DNA of 64,000 nucleotides from Lepidodermella squamata (taxonomy: Eukaryota; Animalia; Gastrotricha), in assembly GCA_047495785.1 (NCBI GenBank), contig JBLDXI010000013.1, positions 1,736,001 through 1,800,000 of the forward strand. The letters are read 5' to 3'. Positions 13,170-26,300 of this stretch are shown here, one piece after another; the first letter of the stretch is position 1, and each line of letters opens with the position of its first letter. Position numbers and translations under genes: made by a program. The notes below the pieces were generated by a model. That model searched no databases and was not told where the DNA came from. It saw only the letters and a list, made by a program, of their open reading frames with translations.

Positions 13170-15420
13170 TTAGTATTTTTCGTTGAAATATTGCGCATGT
13201 GTGCTGTATTTATTGAATCCGTAGCCAGGAAGTGACGCTGCCGAGCTGATCATCGGGCCCTTAGCCGAAGATGGCGACTTCTTAGTCCCTTTACGATGTT
13301 CGGCCTTGGAGCTGTATTGATCAATTTGTTTATTCGAGGAGTTTTCTTTCGAATCGACGAGAAATGGGGAAAAGGAAGGCAAGGCGAATGGCAGCATATT
13401 CTTCAGCGACTTTTTCTTTTTCACAACCTCGCCATCACCCCGACTTGATTTTTCGTTATGACTTTCGCTTAGACTCCTAATTTTTGATTTCATGGCTCCG
13501 TCGTATTTGCTGTTTCCACTAGTTGCTTGGCCCCCTCCATCAGTCACAAGATGCAGAGCAACAGCTTTCTTGCGGAGTTTGTTGCGACATTGCTTACGAT
13601 TTTTCTTGGAGAAAAATATATGGTAAAGTTTCATAAATGGATACTCAAGCAGTTCAGCAATTGTTATAACCTGTGGAGAATAAAGAATAAAAAAGCAAAT
13701 GCTGCAAAAATGAGAATTACTGAAATTCCAGCGAACAGACCAAGTTGACCTCCCAAATCACCTGCATTAGGTCGCAAAATAGGCAAGCTATTTGAAAATA
13801 ATTAAGATGAAGCTAACTTAGAAGAGCTCCAGATGGAAAAGCAGCAGTGAAGTTTGTTATGTCGATGACGAGATCCGGGAAGGCGATTTGAAGCGACAGG
13901 ATATTCCTTCTATAATCCAAAGCAAGAAGATTGATCAATAAAAACTTGGGATATGAATTCAACTGACTCGACATATTCGGCATCATAGCTGAAGGATCCA
14001 TTCGTTTTGTCATTCAAATATTTGATGAATTCATCCGAAGTTCTGCTGCTAGTCAACAGCGTATATGAAACACCCGAGGTGTAAAAGACTTCCTTACAAC
14101 CCGGCAAGCAGTTATTATGACAGGACTCATCGACTGTCTTGTTGACAACCGATTCTTTGTACATGAGACAAGCCGTTGTTCGCACAACGCCGCAATTTTT
14201 CACCTTCTTCAAAGAGTGCGAATTGAGGGACTCGTACCATAATCGGCAACCGCTGAAGTTGTGGAATTTTTTTAATTAATCTGCTAATAAAACATGGGCT
14301 TGTTTTCAAACGTACCATTTATCCACAGAATCTTGCGCGGTGCACTTTGCCAGGCAGTTTCGCTTCGAAGCGTCCATGCCGACCTTGCACTCATCCCAGG
14401 GCCAATAATCCTCGCGAATCTGAATCATCTTCTTTGCGGAAATGAAAGTCATATGCCCCGGGTCGGTTCCGACAAATTGTGACAAACTGGTCCCGGAATA
14501 AACCAGGTCATTGGGTTCATGCAATATTATCTTAGCCCCGCACTCGTATTGCTTCCTACTGTCTAGTTTATAGGCCGTGTATTCGTTTTGATCAATATCA
14601 ATAATCAAGCTAATTCCAGCTTCGATGCCTGGCATTTTTTGACGGAATCGTTCGGCGGCAGCCTTATGATTTATTGTGTAGCAGATTCCCTGCGGCGTCG
14701 CGACTTGTTTAAAATCCGCCAACGAACAGCGTTCACGCCCGACCGAACAGTGAATCAAAGTAGGTGTTGTGTCATTCGCTGAGGTTCTATTCATTTGCCA
14801 CCCAGTTCGCCGTAACCATTGCCGAACCGTAAAGTTTGATTCTGATTTTTTTAAATCATTGAGAAATGAAACTTTCCTGAATTTTGAGTGGCCAACCAAA
14901 CTCACGATTAAAATGTTCAATTATCTCCTTTTCTCTCTGTTCAAATTCTTCCACTCTTCGACGAAATAAAACGAGACATAATATGAAGCTTAGGAGCTTG
15001 ATACAACACTTACTGTTTCCAATATTTTTCGGGCGTTCCATTGGCCGGATAGTTTTCTCTGATCCATTTGATCATGCCATCGCTGAGGGCAAGAAGCGCG
15101 TAATCGAAGTCGTTCAGCAGCGATTGGCTGAACATATTCATGTTGCAGATAGTCACAGCAGGTAAAATTACAGTTGGATTCGTTCGAAGTTGAAGTTCCG
15201 TCTTCAAATCGAATGCCATAAATGTTGTGATGCGATCAGTCAGTTGCAACGTCAGCATAGTCATACAGCCAATGATGAGAACTAACCAGAAAATCCGCCT
15301 GCCTGTGTGCCAATTGTTGCAGATCCGTTTGACGCCGTGACACGTCGACGTCTCCGCAAATCGCAGGTCATGTTTATCACAGCAAATACATTTTCCACCG
15401 CACAACTCTACGGGTGGCAT
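13170..15420 (-). CDS. DEG/ENaC channel subunit B, about 633 aa
   Basis: Exons 15420-15014, 14955-14906, 14841-14316, 14252-13968, 13909-13818, 13761-13721, 13670-13170; total 1902 nt, in frame. Motifs: STCHG, LPAVTICN, GICYT, GAKIILH, thumb cysteines, SDLGGQLGLFAGIS|VITIAELLEY. Confidence 0.93.
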
Positions 15421-15716
15421 TATTCCAAGTTGATTCTCAACAAATAAATAAAAGCTGGAACCGTAGTTTTCATTTTTTAATCAGCAACTGATTTTCAAGG
15501 GTTCAAATTCGCCTGCGCTTATCGATGAGAGATTGCCGACGATAGAAATTAGCCTCATTCAAAATGTTGAACAGGTGTCTCGGCCCCCTCTCTCAGCCCA
15601 CGCCGATCAAGGGAAAACTTTCGTCGTTAGATTCGCCAATTTTTTATTTACGAATTGGCCATGCAGTGAAAGAGGACAACACATTCGAAAACAAAACTTG
15701 AGGTGCAAGCGCACTT

Positions 15717-17864
15717 TTAGAACAGGAACGAGTTCGTACTAACAGGGCTTTGTTTTGCGTATGGTGAGTAGAGTGGCTTGCTGCTCATCGGTGACAGTGA
15801 ATTGCGCTGTTGAGCGCTGACGTCATCACTTTGAACGTAGAAAGGCGGGAGTTCATCGGTAATCATCGGGTTTTCAATTTTTTGAAAATTTGGCACTTGA
15901 CTTTGAGAAGATACAACAACACTTGGAATGTTGACAAAACGATCGTTATTCCTTGAAGAAGCTGGGGACGACGCTATTGTAACGCTGTTGACTGAATCGG
16001 TAGAATCGCGAGGCTGCGTTTTCCGGATGCCAGTCTCCACATCTCGGTCCCTACTTTTATTCGGCCTTGATTTATGCGATCGCTTTTTGAGTCTTTGATT
16101 CATGATTATCAGCGAATACATTTTGACGAAAGGATATTCGATCAATTCGATCATTGTGATTATGGACATTCCGGCGAACAAACCCAGCTGCCCACCCAAA
16201 TCACCTAGAGATAGCCAATATAAAATAGAAAGAGAAATCTATAACAAGACTTGCTGAGAAATGCGCTCAATGACAACGCTGCACTTGTATCAAAAAGTTC
16301 TACTACCAGGTCTGCGTAACCAATTTGCAGCGCGATTAGATTTTTCCTGTAAAATTGAAATAGGATATAGGAAGCAGTTGAGACGTAAATAATACTTTAT
16401 GTATTGCGGGCTATAAAAGTCGCTTGAGTGATTATTATTTGTAATAGTGTTGAGTAGTTGCTGAAAATCTCTGTCAGTGTTGTTACTCGTCAGTAGCGTG
16501 TAGGAGACTGCAGCAGAATAGGATCTTTCCGTGCAGGCATTTTCACAGGTTCGCTGACATTCAGCCTCCCCGGCAGAGATACCGTCTGCGTTCAAAACTG
16601 TAATAAGATACAAAGCATCGAACTATCAATATAACTCAAAAGTGTATAATTCAACGCACTGGCCGTTTCTTTGAGGACCAGACAAGCCGCAGTTCTTGCA
16701 ACGCCACATAGCGGCCGGTCGCTATGCTCAAACCATAGCCTACAATTACACTTTTTATAAGTATCTTCGGCTGTGCAGCGAGCCAAGCAAGTTCGCTTCG
16801 GAACTGTGATATCTTCTTCGCAAGTGGACCAAAGCGGCTCGTTTGCCCAAGTTCGATTGATAGCTCTCGCTAAGATGTAGCCAACTTTGCCAGGTGGCAC
16901 GCCAACGTAAGGCGCAAGGTTCGTTCCAGAGTAATTCTCGTCGTACCAGTCGTGTAACAAAATCTTCGTTCCACACTCATACTGCTTCTCGCTGTCAAGT
17001 TTGAATGCAGTATAATCAGCCTGGTCAATGTCTAGTAATATGTTGAAGCCCATTTCGGTGCCAGGTGATCGTTGTTGTAATCGTTTGCGACTTTTGCTGC
17101 CGTTAATCGTGTAACACAACCCCTGAGGGGTGAGTATCGGTTCAAAGTCGCTGACACCACATTTCTTTTTGCCAACGGTACAATCAAGAAGAACGGGATG
17201 CGTATTGGTCGGACTATCGAGCTGCCAGCCTTTTTCAAAAATCCACTTATCGATAGAAAAATCTGTCACTGGAAGAAATAATTTGCTCGTTTAAGTCTCG
17301 TGCAACCTCGACTTCAGGACTTACAGTTGTATTTTAAAAGAATCTCCTGTTCTTGATTTTCATATAATTCGACCCTAAATTTCAATTTTTCCGGATTGAT
17401 TCAGAAGAATTTCTGCGAAAAATCAAATCAAACCTCTCCCAATATCCAGCAGTCGAATTGAATGGTAAATGCAAACCATAAACTAGCTTCTGCTGATCCA
17501 TGTCGAATATCCAATCGATCAAATTGCTGCTGATGTTGAGCAGTTCTCTATCGGCGTCAGTTAGCAATGACTCGGTAAACATATTCATATTGCAAATCGT
17601 CACCGCTGGAAGCGGGTGGGAAGATACGCTTTCCATGCTAATCTCTGTTCGCACTTCGAACTTCAAAAAAGTCTGAAAACGATCTCGAAGCTGGATGGCG
17701 AGAAGGAACATCGATACTAAGACAAGACCAAACCACAACGAGCGCCGGCATGAATGCCAAGTGTTACAGAAGCGTGAAATGCCGTGACATGTTGTAGTTC
17801 TTGCAAAGCGCTCATCGTGCTTGTCACAGCAAACGCACAACCCATCGCAACATTGTACCTCCAT
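15717..17864 (-). CDS. DEG/ENaC channel subunit C, about 623 aa
   Basis: Exons 17864-17434, 17374-17325, 17268-16660, 16597-16396, 16346-16255, 16204-15717; total 1872 nt. The last intron is GC-AG. Motifs: TTCHG, LPAVTICN, GLCYT, GTKILLH, SDLGGQLGLFAGMSIITMIELIEY. AATAAA on the - strand at about 15643-15648. Confidence 0.93.
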
Positions 17865-20368
17865 GTTTATTTTATGCAAAAATGCGAATGAATAAGAGAA
17901 GACGTAGTCGAATATCGGACAAACCACTTAAAATCGATCCGAGTCCACGACTGAGTGCCAAGCCTACTCAAAAGCACTCATGATTCAGCTACAGATGTTT
18001 GTAGTCAGTATTTTTAAACCGATGTATTGTATGTTTTTTTTAATTTCAGCCGGTTATCTTGATACTTTTTATCACTACTTTTTGCATTTCAATAACCGAA
18101 CTCGAGATTTTTCCGGCGATAATTTCCGCCATTACTACATGTTTCTAATGGCCGATCTACCTGCGAAAGGTTGAAACAGGGTTAACACAAGGTTCACGTC
18201 GCTACATATCCGTGATTGATTAGCAAAGCCAAACATTACTAATACGTTGCGATCGATGCCGTATTGAGCAATATGTACCTCGAGATACCGGAAAACGATC
18301 ATTGCTACTCCGTTGATGCTGCTGTGAAACACGAGTGTGTGCAGCAAATTATTTTTAGGTTACACTGTAATTCGGTAAATTATTCGGTAATAATAGCACG
18401 GTGTTGTGATTGCATAATTGCCGTTGATGATTTTGCGCTCTAGCGCCCGCACACGCTGGGACTCATCGAGCAAATGTTGCCGTACTAATCGCACATTTTG
18501 CCCGCACTGTTATCAATTATACGCCAAAGACGCTTGATTCTTGGGTGATATAATCCGCGCGATGAGGGTGGGCTTCTTTTTCCCCTCAATGTAAGGTGCA
18601 ATGTTACCAAACGTGTGTTCGACCCGTTAAAACGTTATTATTCTTTCATTATTATCGCCCTGTATTTTCCCAAATTAGCGCCCGACATTTTTCGAACGTT
18701 TGTTATCTTCGCAAGGCATTTGGTTTTCTCAGTCATAAGGACAGGCCTCACGCCTGTCCAATAATAAGGTTAATTTTCTGACCCACATCTTGTTAAGGAT
18801 AAATTCCTATAGGAAATGATGAATGGGCATTGAAGACGAATGAATTTCTTCGTTTAAATAAGCGCGAATCCCGCGTACTATCTTTTGTTTCCATAGCTTT
18901 TAATAAATGATAATAAGCTTACAACAATAACACAGACTTTAGGCGGCACTCCGATTTTCGTGTTTATTACAACTCAACTCCCGGAATTATGCATCGGTAA
19001 ATCGAATGCTTTCAGAAACGACTAGAAACGTACGAAACAAGACAGACTGCTCTTTTTATACGCTGAGCTCTCACCGTGTTAAGAAAATACCTTTCCGATT
19101 ATGTATGTCGGAAAACTGTTTACGTAGCAAAATAGATACATTCATAGCTAGTATTTAGATAGGGCGCACGAATGCGAAAATCGCGCGGGTTCTAAATCAT
19201 CATCGCTTGGATGCGCATGGTCGAAGGTGATTGGGCATTTGGGCGTAGCTGGAAGAAGCAAGAATACACGCTTGTAGGGAGCATTACTTCTTAACATGCT
19301 CACAACCGTTGCATAGCTATATTACGTTCCCATATATTACACCACCTTAAAAGGCCTACTCATCTACGCAAATAAGCTTTCTACAACAGTTATTTTTGTA
19401 AGCATAGTATAATAGTGGCAACAAGATTTCAGTACTTCCTATAGAGAACCGCGCAAATCTGGGAGCGTATCTCGCTCGACGTTCACCAAGGCGATCGGCG
19501 TGAACGATAATTCATAGACATAGCGCGAAGTAATACCGGCGCTAGCTTTGAGATGCGCACCCCGGGTTTCGGCTATGCGTATGTATTGCGGGTACCATCA
19601 ACATATTTATGGGGGGTGTTCACCGTTCAGCGAGCCAATACTGGCCACTACTAACTGTTTAGCTATAGTAGCAATTCAGGAGGCTTATGTTATGAAAAAC
19701 CTGCGCCAAATAATATATTATTAGCCATTAGTTTTCCGCTATACCAATGCCTAGTAGCCTGTAAGTCAGAATATATTACAGCCGGTGATTTTCGCTCGAG
19801 TTATAATTCTCACCCTATTGTCGGCAGTGATTGGACGCAACTTTTTGCGCGTGCGATACCATAACCAATGATATTGATGTGATATTTCTGCAAAAATATA
19901 CCGATGTTCTTTATTACCTTCATTTTGCTTGAGTCAATAACGACGTACCAACGTGGAATAAATCTCTCCACTGTCTCAGTGGGCTAGAGGATTCACGGGC
20001 GTTTATCGATAACCATGTTCGGCTGGGATATCTTGTACCAATACAGCGGCAATCAGCGATAATTTTCGCCGACATTTTCATTACCAACGTTACACGAGCG
20101 CGGTATCTCTTCTGTCCGAATCCTATTATCGGTGGCTATTGTTTTTTCACTAGTAGTTTTTTACTGATATCCCCCTCAGAATTAATCATATCATAAAGCA
20201 TAAATAAGAGCAGATGAAAACTGACGTGAACTGCCACGCAGCCCCAATAAAAATAAACAAAATTTCGTGTTAAAAACGATTTTCTCATTTTTTTAGATAT
20301 TATTCTTGTATTAGAAAGATATCGAAAAGCCTATTCGGATTGCGAGAAAGTAGTCTCGTTTAACATCG

Positions 20369-23300
20369 ATGGCGTCGGTCCCACCAACCGCCGGGACAGG
20401 GGATCAGTCCCAGCTATACTGGCTTGACGACATTGCCGAGCTACTACCTCAGGCTAAAACGATATCAACCGTAACGATTCAAGCTGGAACTGCCAAATTT
20501 GCCCTGGCTATTTTAAAGGTAATTTATTCCGACACGTATCATAACACGTATCATCGTAACATTTTGTCAACTGCCATTTCACAGAACGGTATCTGGGTGA
20601 GAGTTCGCGTTCAAGAATGGCGCCCTGACTTCGCTGACGTTGGCGTGGACCTTGACGAAGCATTGCGCCTTCGAGTTGATCACGAAGAGCTCATGCATGG
20701 TATCAACGAACGTTTTGCTGACGTTGTCAAGTTGGCACAAAAACCAGACGAAGAGGATGATGCGAGTGACAACGAGCCGCCTAAACCGGAAATTGAGCAC
20801 TACCTCGCGGAGATATGGAACGATCTTGGCGAAAAATTGGAATTGAGAAAAAGGCTTCTCGATCAAAGCATCATCTTCTACCAACTCGTAAATGATGTGA
20901 GTTCAATTCCTTTTCATTTCGAGCTAGCTGTTGTCCTAACTTCGATCGAACATGCCTTTTTGAACCTGAGACCCTGAGATTTAAATTTAAATTTTGAATT
21001 TTTATTCAATTATGTTATAATTCACTTTTTTACTATCTAGCAATAAGTTCGGTATATTATAACCGTGTCTCAAAATTTAATATCATCATTAAATCAATAT
21101 ACCGCATGTTGACCTTGAGGGTTCTCTTGGCGCTAAAAATTTGAATTTGTGGGTGGCGCCTGGCTTCGTTAGTTACGTCCTGTGGCCATGTTACCTACAG
21201 TTCGGTGAGCTTCGGTTCTCCTTTTTTGCATAGTAACACAAAGCAGCGACTCGCTAGGCATACCTAGAAAGGAATGTTTTACGCAAATGCATTCGCTCCC
21301 AGCCCGAACTCTTTCAATTCGTTGAGCTCTTACCTTGTTAATTTGAGTAATCGTTTATATCTGTAACCCATTTCTTTCTAGTGCTATGATCGCATTGACG
21401 ATTTAACTGCTAACGTTCGGCAATCACCTCATCCTGTTGATTTGGAGACTTGCAATGCCATTATCAGAGAGTTGAACGACATTCGAACAGCGTTCTCTCG
21501 TAGTATTACTCAAGCTGGCGTCAACGGTCGTGACCTCGTCATTTGCATTGAGCAAACCTCCCTAACCGTTGATCCTAGTGGAAGTGAACGCATTTTGAAT
21601 TCAGCTGCTAGATCTGCCTGGAATGTTCGACGCAGCTTGGAGCTCCTTGAAGATAAAAGGAGACAACTCGAAAGTCTGGCCGAATCAAAGCTAACGCGCC
21701 TTTATGCGTTTGCTCGTTTGCTGCATCTAGACGAAGAGGTTGGCAAAGTGTTGCTGTGGTTTGAGAAGGAAGGAGATAATTATTTCCTCTTGAATAACTA
21801 TCTGGCCAGCTCATCCGAAACTTCGCAAAAGATGCTCGACGCTCACATCAAATTCATGAATTCGGCGTGTAATATCAAAGAAACTGTCGATCGTCTGATT
21901 GAAACAGCTGAACCTGTTCTGGCGCAAGCTCCAAGTGGACCTGAAAGTGAAAATGTGCGACATCGACTTCACATCATGAATGACGCATGTGCGCGCTTTT
22001 TGCACAATCTTGTCGATCGTCAGAAGCATCTTCAAAATGCCGTGGAATTTTACATCCAAACCGACGTCACTGTTGAGCAGCTTGATCGCTTGGAAACTAT
22101 CCTCCGTCAACTCTCTATTCAGCCCCCGGCTAATGAGCTTGAAATTGTTGACACGTTGTTTCAAATTGCCAAATCTGCGGTTGAATCAACCGAGCCAGTT
22201 ATTCAGCATGGTCGGCAAGTTGCGGACTCGTGCGAATCGTCTGAAATTCGAACAGAAACGGTGCGAGAGACTGTTAAAATGCTCGAAGAGCGGCGCGATC
22301 AGCTTACAGATGTCTGCCGTTCTAATTTGCTTCAGATAAAGGAGAAACACAATAGAGAAATCATTGCTTATAAAGAAATTTGCGATGAAGTTCAAACCAC
22401 CGTTACCAAAATGGAGGAGACGATTTTGCGCCGTTATGCTGATCCCGGCGCAAGTGTAAACGAAGTCTCTGCCTACTTGGATCGATTAAAACAATTGCAA
22501 AATGAGCTGGAGGAGAAAAACCGGCAGCTAGACGAAGTTCGCAAGCGTGCTGATACATTGGCCAATATTGGCGCTGATGAGCGGGATCGGCTCGCTGAGC
22601 GATTGAAAGCCATGGACGAACAATTTGCCAAGTTTGAGGGCATGATTCGACAGCGCATTGATTTGATGATGAAATATGCCGATCTACTGAGTGACGGCAA
22701 CAAAATATCAAATCATCTTAAGAGCGTCGAAGATTCGCTTCGGAATCAACTTCAGCAGGAGCATGTTAAAGAAGAAGCCAAACCTGTTCTTCAAGAGGCA
22801 GTAACGGCATCTAAGGGTGCTGTTGGCGATTGGACGGATCGTGCTCGACGTTTTCTGGGCGAAGTGCAGCAGGCTAATGATCCCGATCTGCGAGTACAAA
22901 CCATTCATCGGGCTGTCAATGACACCGGAGTTGGATTAAATGACGAGTGCAAATGGCTGGACGACTTGCTACGATCGTTTCTCGAGAAATGCGAAGATGC
23001 TCGTCAAGTACAGCAGGAATGGAAGCGAACGCTCGACCAAGTCAAAGAAACCCTGAAATTGATTGCTGATCTGGAGCAAAAGTTTTTCCCATTTTCGCTG
23101 GCTGATGCAGCTACTCAGCGCGACCCGATTCGCTACTGTCAAACATCTTTAGAGCAGTTCCTACCAACGGAACAAAAAGCTCAGGCAGATTTAGACCGGC
23201 TCATCCAACAGGCTGAAGTCATCGGAGCGCGTCTAGAAAACCCTGAAATAAAGAATCGTGTTGTCAGCGAGTTGATCGCAGTAAAGAAGCATTTGTCCGC

Positions 23301-26300
23301 TCGAACCAATGAATTCCAAGTGCTGATCAACATGGCTACTATTCTATTTAAGAACTTGGCTCAACTCGATGCTGTCGTTGCGAAGGGAGACGAGGCTCTC
23401 CGTAACAAGCCGTCCCCGAATAGTGTCGAAGAAGCCCAGGCCATGTTACGTGACCACAACACCAGCAAGGAAAAGGTCATGGAACTGTTTGGATTCGCCC
23501 AAAATGAAGCCGAACACTTGGTGCGCCGCGTTGAAACGACTCCTCTTGCCAGCGAGGCTGTTTGTGACGTTCACGCATTGCCGAACTTAGTTGATGAAAG
23601 ACGTCACCTTTGGCTGAAGACCTGGGAGGCTCAAAGGAAACAGCTCGAGGAGGCTCTTCGTGCCTGTCAGTACCGATCTGAGTTCAACGCCTTGGTTTCA
23701 GATCTATCTGAACTTGCCCGTTGGCTCAAGACCCGTCAAAATAACTACGGAAATAATTTGGAAACAGCTAATGTGAACAGCGAGGCCTTCAAAGAACTGG
23801 AGGGAACTGTTGAGAATCTCGGCACTCGCATTGCGAAGTTTTTGTCGCAAACTGAAGTTCTCATTAAATCGGGTCACCCACTCGCCGCACAAATGCAACG
23901 TGACTGCGATCAACTTCGCACGAGGTGGTCAGAGTTCATTTCATGCCTAATCGAGTACAAACACCTGCTTGAGTTGGCACTCAAGTACTTCTCGACGGTG
24001 GCTGAGCTTGAAGGTGCAGTTAAATCTGGAACTGAGGTGCTTGTCGATATCGGTCGTCGGTCTGTTCAGTGCCGAACTCCGGAGCAGGCTCGGGAGCTTA
24101 TTGGCTGCATTGACCGATTCTGCCAGGAGAGCACCCCGGCGCAAGATTGGCGATGCCGTCAAATCAGCGACATGGCTGGCGCTTTATACGGCCAACCACA
24201 AGGCACTCAAATGGCTGAGCCTCATCTGGCCAAAAATCGCGAGCTGCAGAGTTCTCTGGAGCAGATTCGCCGTGAGCTGTGCTCATTGAAAGACGCCCTC
24301 GAACAGAAGGAAGCCGACGATCGGGCGAAGAAACTCGCCGCCGAGGCAGCAATTGTGCCTCAAGTCGCTCCTGATCGCGCTGCGGCGTCTACCAAGCCTC
24401 TTCTCGCTTTGATGGAGTCGAAACCGCCTCGTTTTGTTCAGCATTTGAAGGACGCACAAGTTGACGAAGGACAGCGGTGAGTTCGCACTTCCTGTCATGC
24501 ATATCATTAATTCACTATAACATCATATCAACTCGTTTTTTTATATCCGCGTATTTTTTTGCAACAGGTTCTGCTTTGAATGCCGGCTGGAAGGTGACCA
24601 GCCTATGCGAATTCAGTGGTTTAAGGACAATTTCCCACTGACCAGTCCTGATATCGGAGCCGTTTATAATCCGGAAACCGGAACGGCCCAGTTGATTATC
24701 GACGAAGTTTTCGGTGCGGATACTGCAGTTTACGCCTGCTTAGCTACAAATAGCGCTGGCGTTGACCAGACAGCTGCTTATTTACACGTTAACGAGACAA
24801 AAATTGAGCCGCCAACTTTTGTCCGCCAGCTTAAATCGGTTGAAGTGGCCGAGGGTCAACCGGCTGCGCTGGAATGCCAAGCCCAAGGCATCCCAACGCC
24901 GTCAATTTCCTGGTTCAAAGACGACGCGTGCATTGACAACGACGGCGATTACATCATGACTAATATCAACTCGGTTTGCACGTTACGATTGAGGAAAGCT
25001 GGGGTCATCAACGATGGCCGTTACACCTGCAAGGCGTCTAACCCAGGCGGCGAGGCTTCGACCAGCGCAAGACTTACCGTTTCAACCGGTAAGCGGCCAA
25101 CGTTTTCCGAGACCCTTCGCGATATCAACGTTCGAGAGGGCGATCCAGTGCGTTTGTCATGCCAGTTCTCGGGCCAGCCCACGCCCGATGTCTTCTGGTT
25201 CTACGACGCCAAGCCGATAGTCGATTACGAAGTGTCGACGAGCGGCAATGCAACTATGCTAACCATTCCCAGTTCGAGACCGACCGACTCCGGAGTTTTC
25301 ACCGTTGTCGCTAAAAACAAATCTGGCGAGGCGCGAACATTCTGCCGCGTCAAGGTCGAGCCATTGATTCCTGAAGTCCAGCCCGAAATTCAAACTCAAT
25401 GGCCCGAACCGTGTAAGCCGATTTTTGTCAACCCTCTGCAGGATTTGGACGTTGTGGAGAACCAACCGGCTACTCTTGAGTGCCTGTGCTTCGGCGTTCC
25501 GCCACCTGCCGATGTTATGTGGAGCCATAATGGCCGCAAAATCAACCCGGGTGGTCCGATCAAGTTGTCGACGACAGGCGACATTGAAGATCCAAATCAA
25601 ATCCATTGTCGTCTAGATGTCAACAAAACAACACAAGCCCAGGGCGGCGAGTACAAGTGTGTCGCCCGAAATCGTTACGGCCAAGCTGAAACAAGCTGCG
25701 CTATTCATGTGGAGCGTAAGTGTTTTTCTGATCATCGTTATATGATTGCCGGGAAAATTCAAAATTTCAAATTTTACGCCAAATTTTGATGGCGTCTTTA
25801 ATTTTTTACTCTGGTGCATTGATGAGCTGGTTTTTTATTGCCGAGACATTATTGTTAATGGGGATTTTCATGGTGGCTGTAATTTTGACTATTCCCTCGA
25901 ATTTGATTATTTGTTCCGTTTTCCCGAAGAATATTTTGTTTCTACTGAAAACTTGACCTGATGTATTTTTCTTTGATTTTCAGCTGCCAGCGAGCCCAGC
26001 GATGGAGGACTTGGTGATCCACCGCGTTTCGTGCAGTTGCTGCGAGACATCATAGTGGAACCGGACAAGTACGAGGGACAGAAAGTGGTCCTGTCTTGCC
26101 AAGTGACCGGGTCTCCGAAGCCAGCAGTCACGTGGTTCAAGGATGGAAAAGACATTTTGCACGCCGATGTTTCTACTGTCCAGGTTAGTCGGGCCAAACG
26201 TATTTTGAGATATTTATAGCCGCATGCCGCCGATGTGTTACTGATAGTTATGCGGGTTTTGATGAATTGAGAACAGCGCGATGCGATCGTGGCGATGATG

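Noticed and set aside
20519-20584. Stop-free in-frame segments (also 46400-46462 and 52173-52226) translated through in the ORF track
   Set aside because: They have GT-AG ends and modal intron size, and they interrupt conserved motifs. Treated as introns, not coding insertions.
21160-21227. cUUCGg-capped hairpin followed by T6, with an Sm-like aatttgtgg upstream, as a possible intronic ncRNA or 4-nt microexon
   Set aside because: The stem is only 6 bp with a mismatch, it does not resemble snRNAs or tRNAs I know, and a 4-nt exon would frameshift. An Rfam/Infernal scan would settle it.
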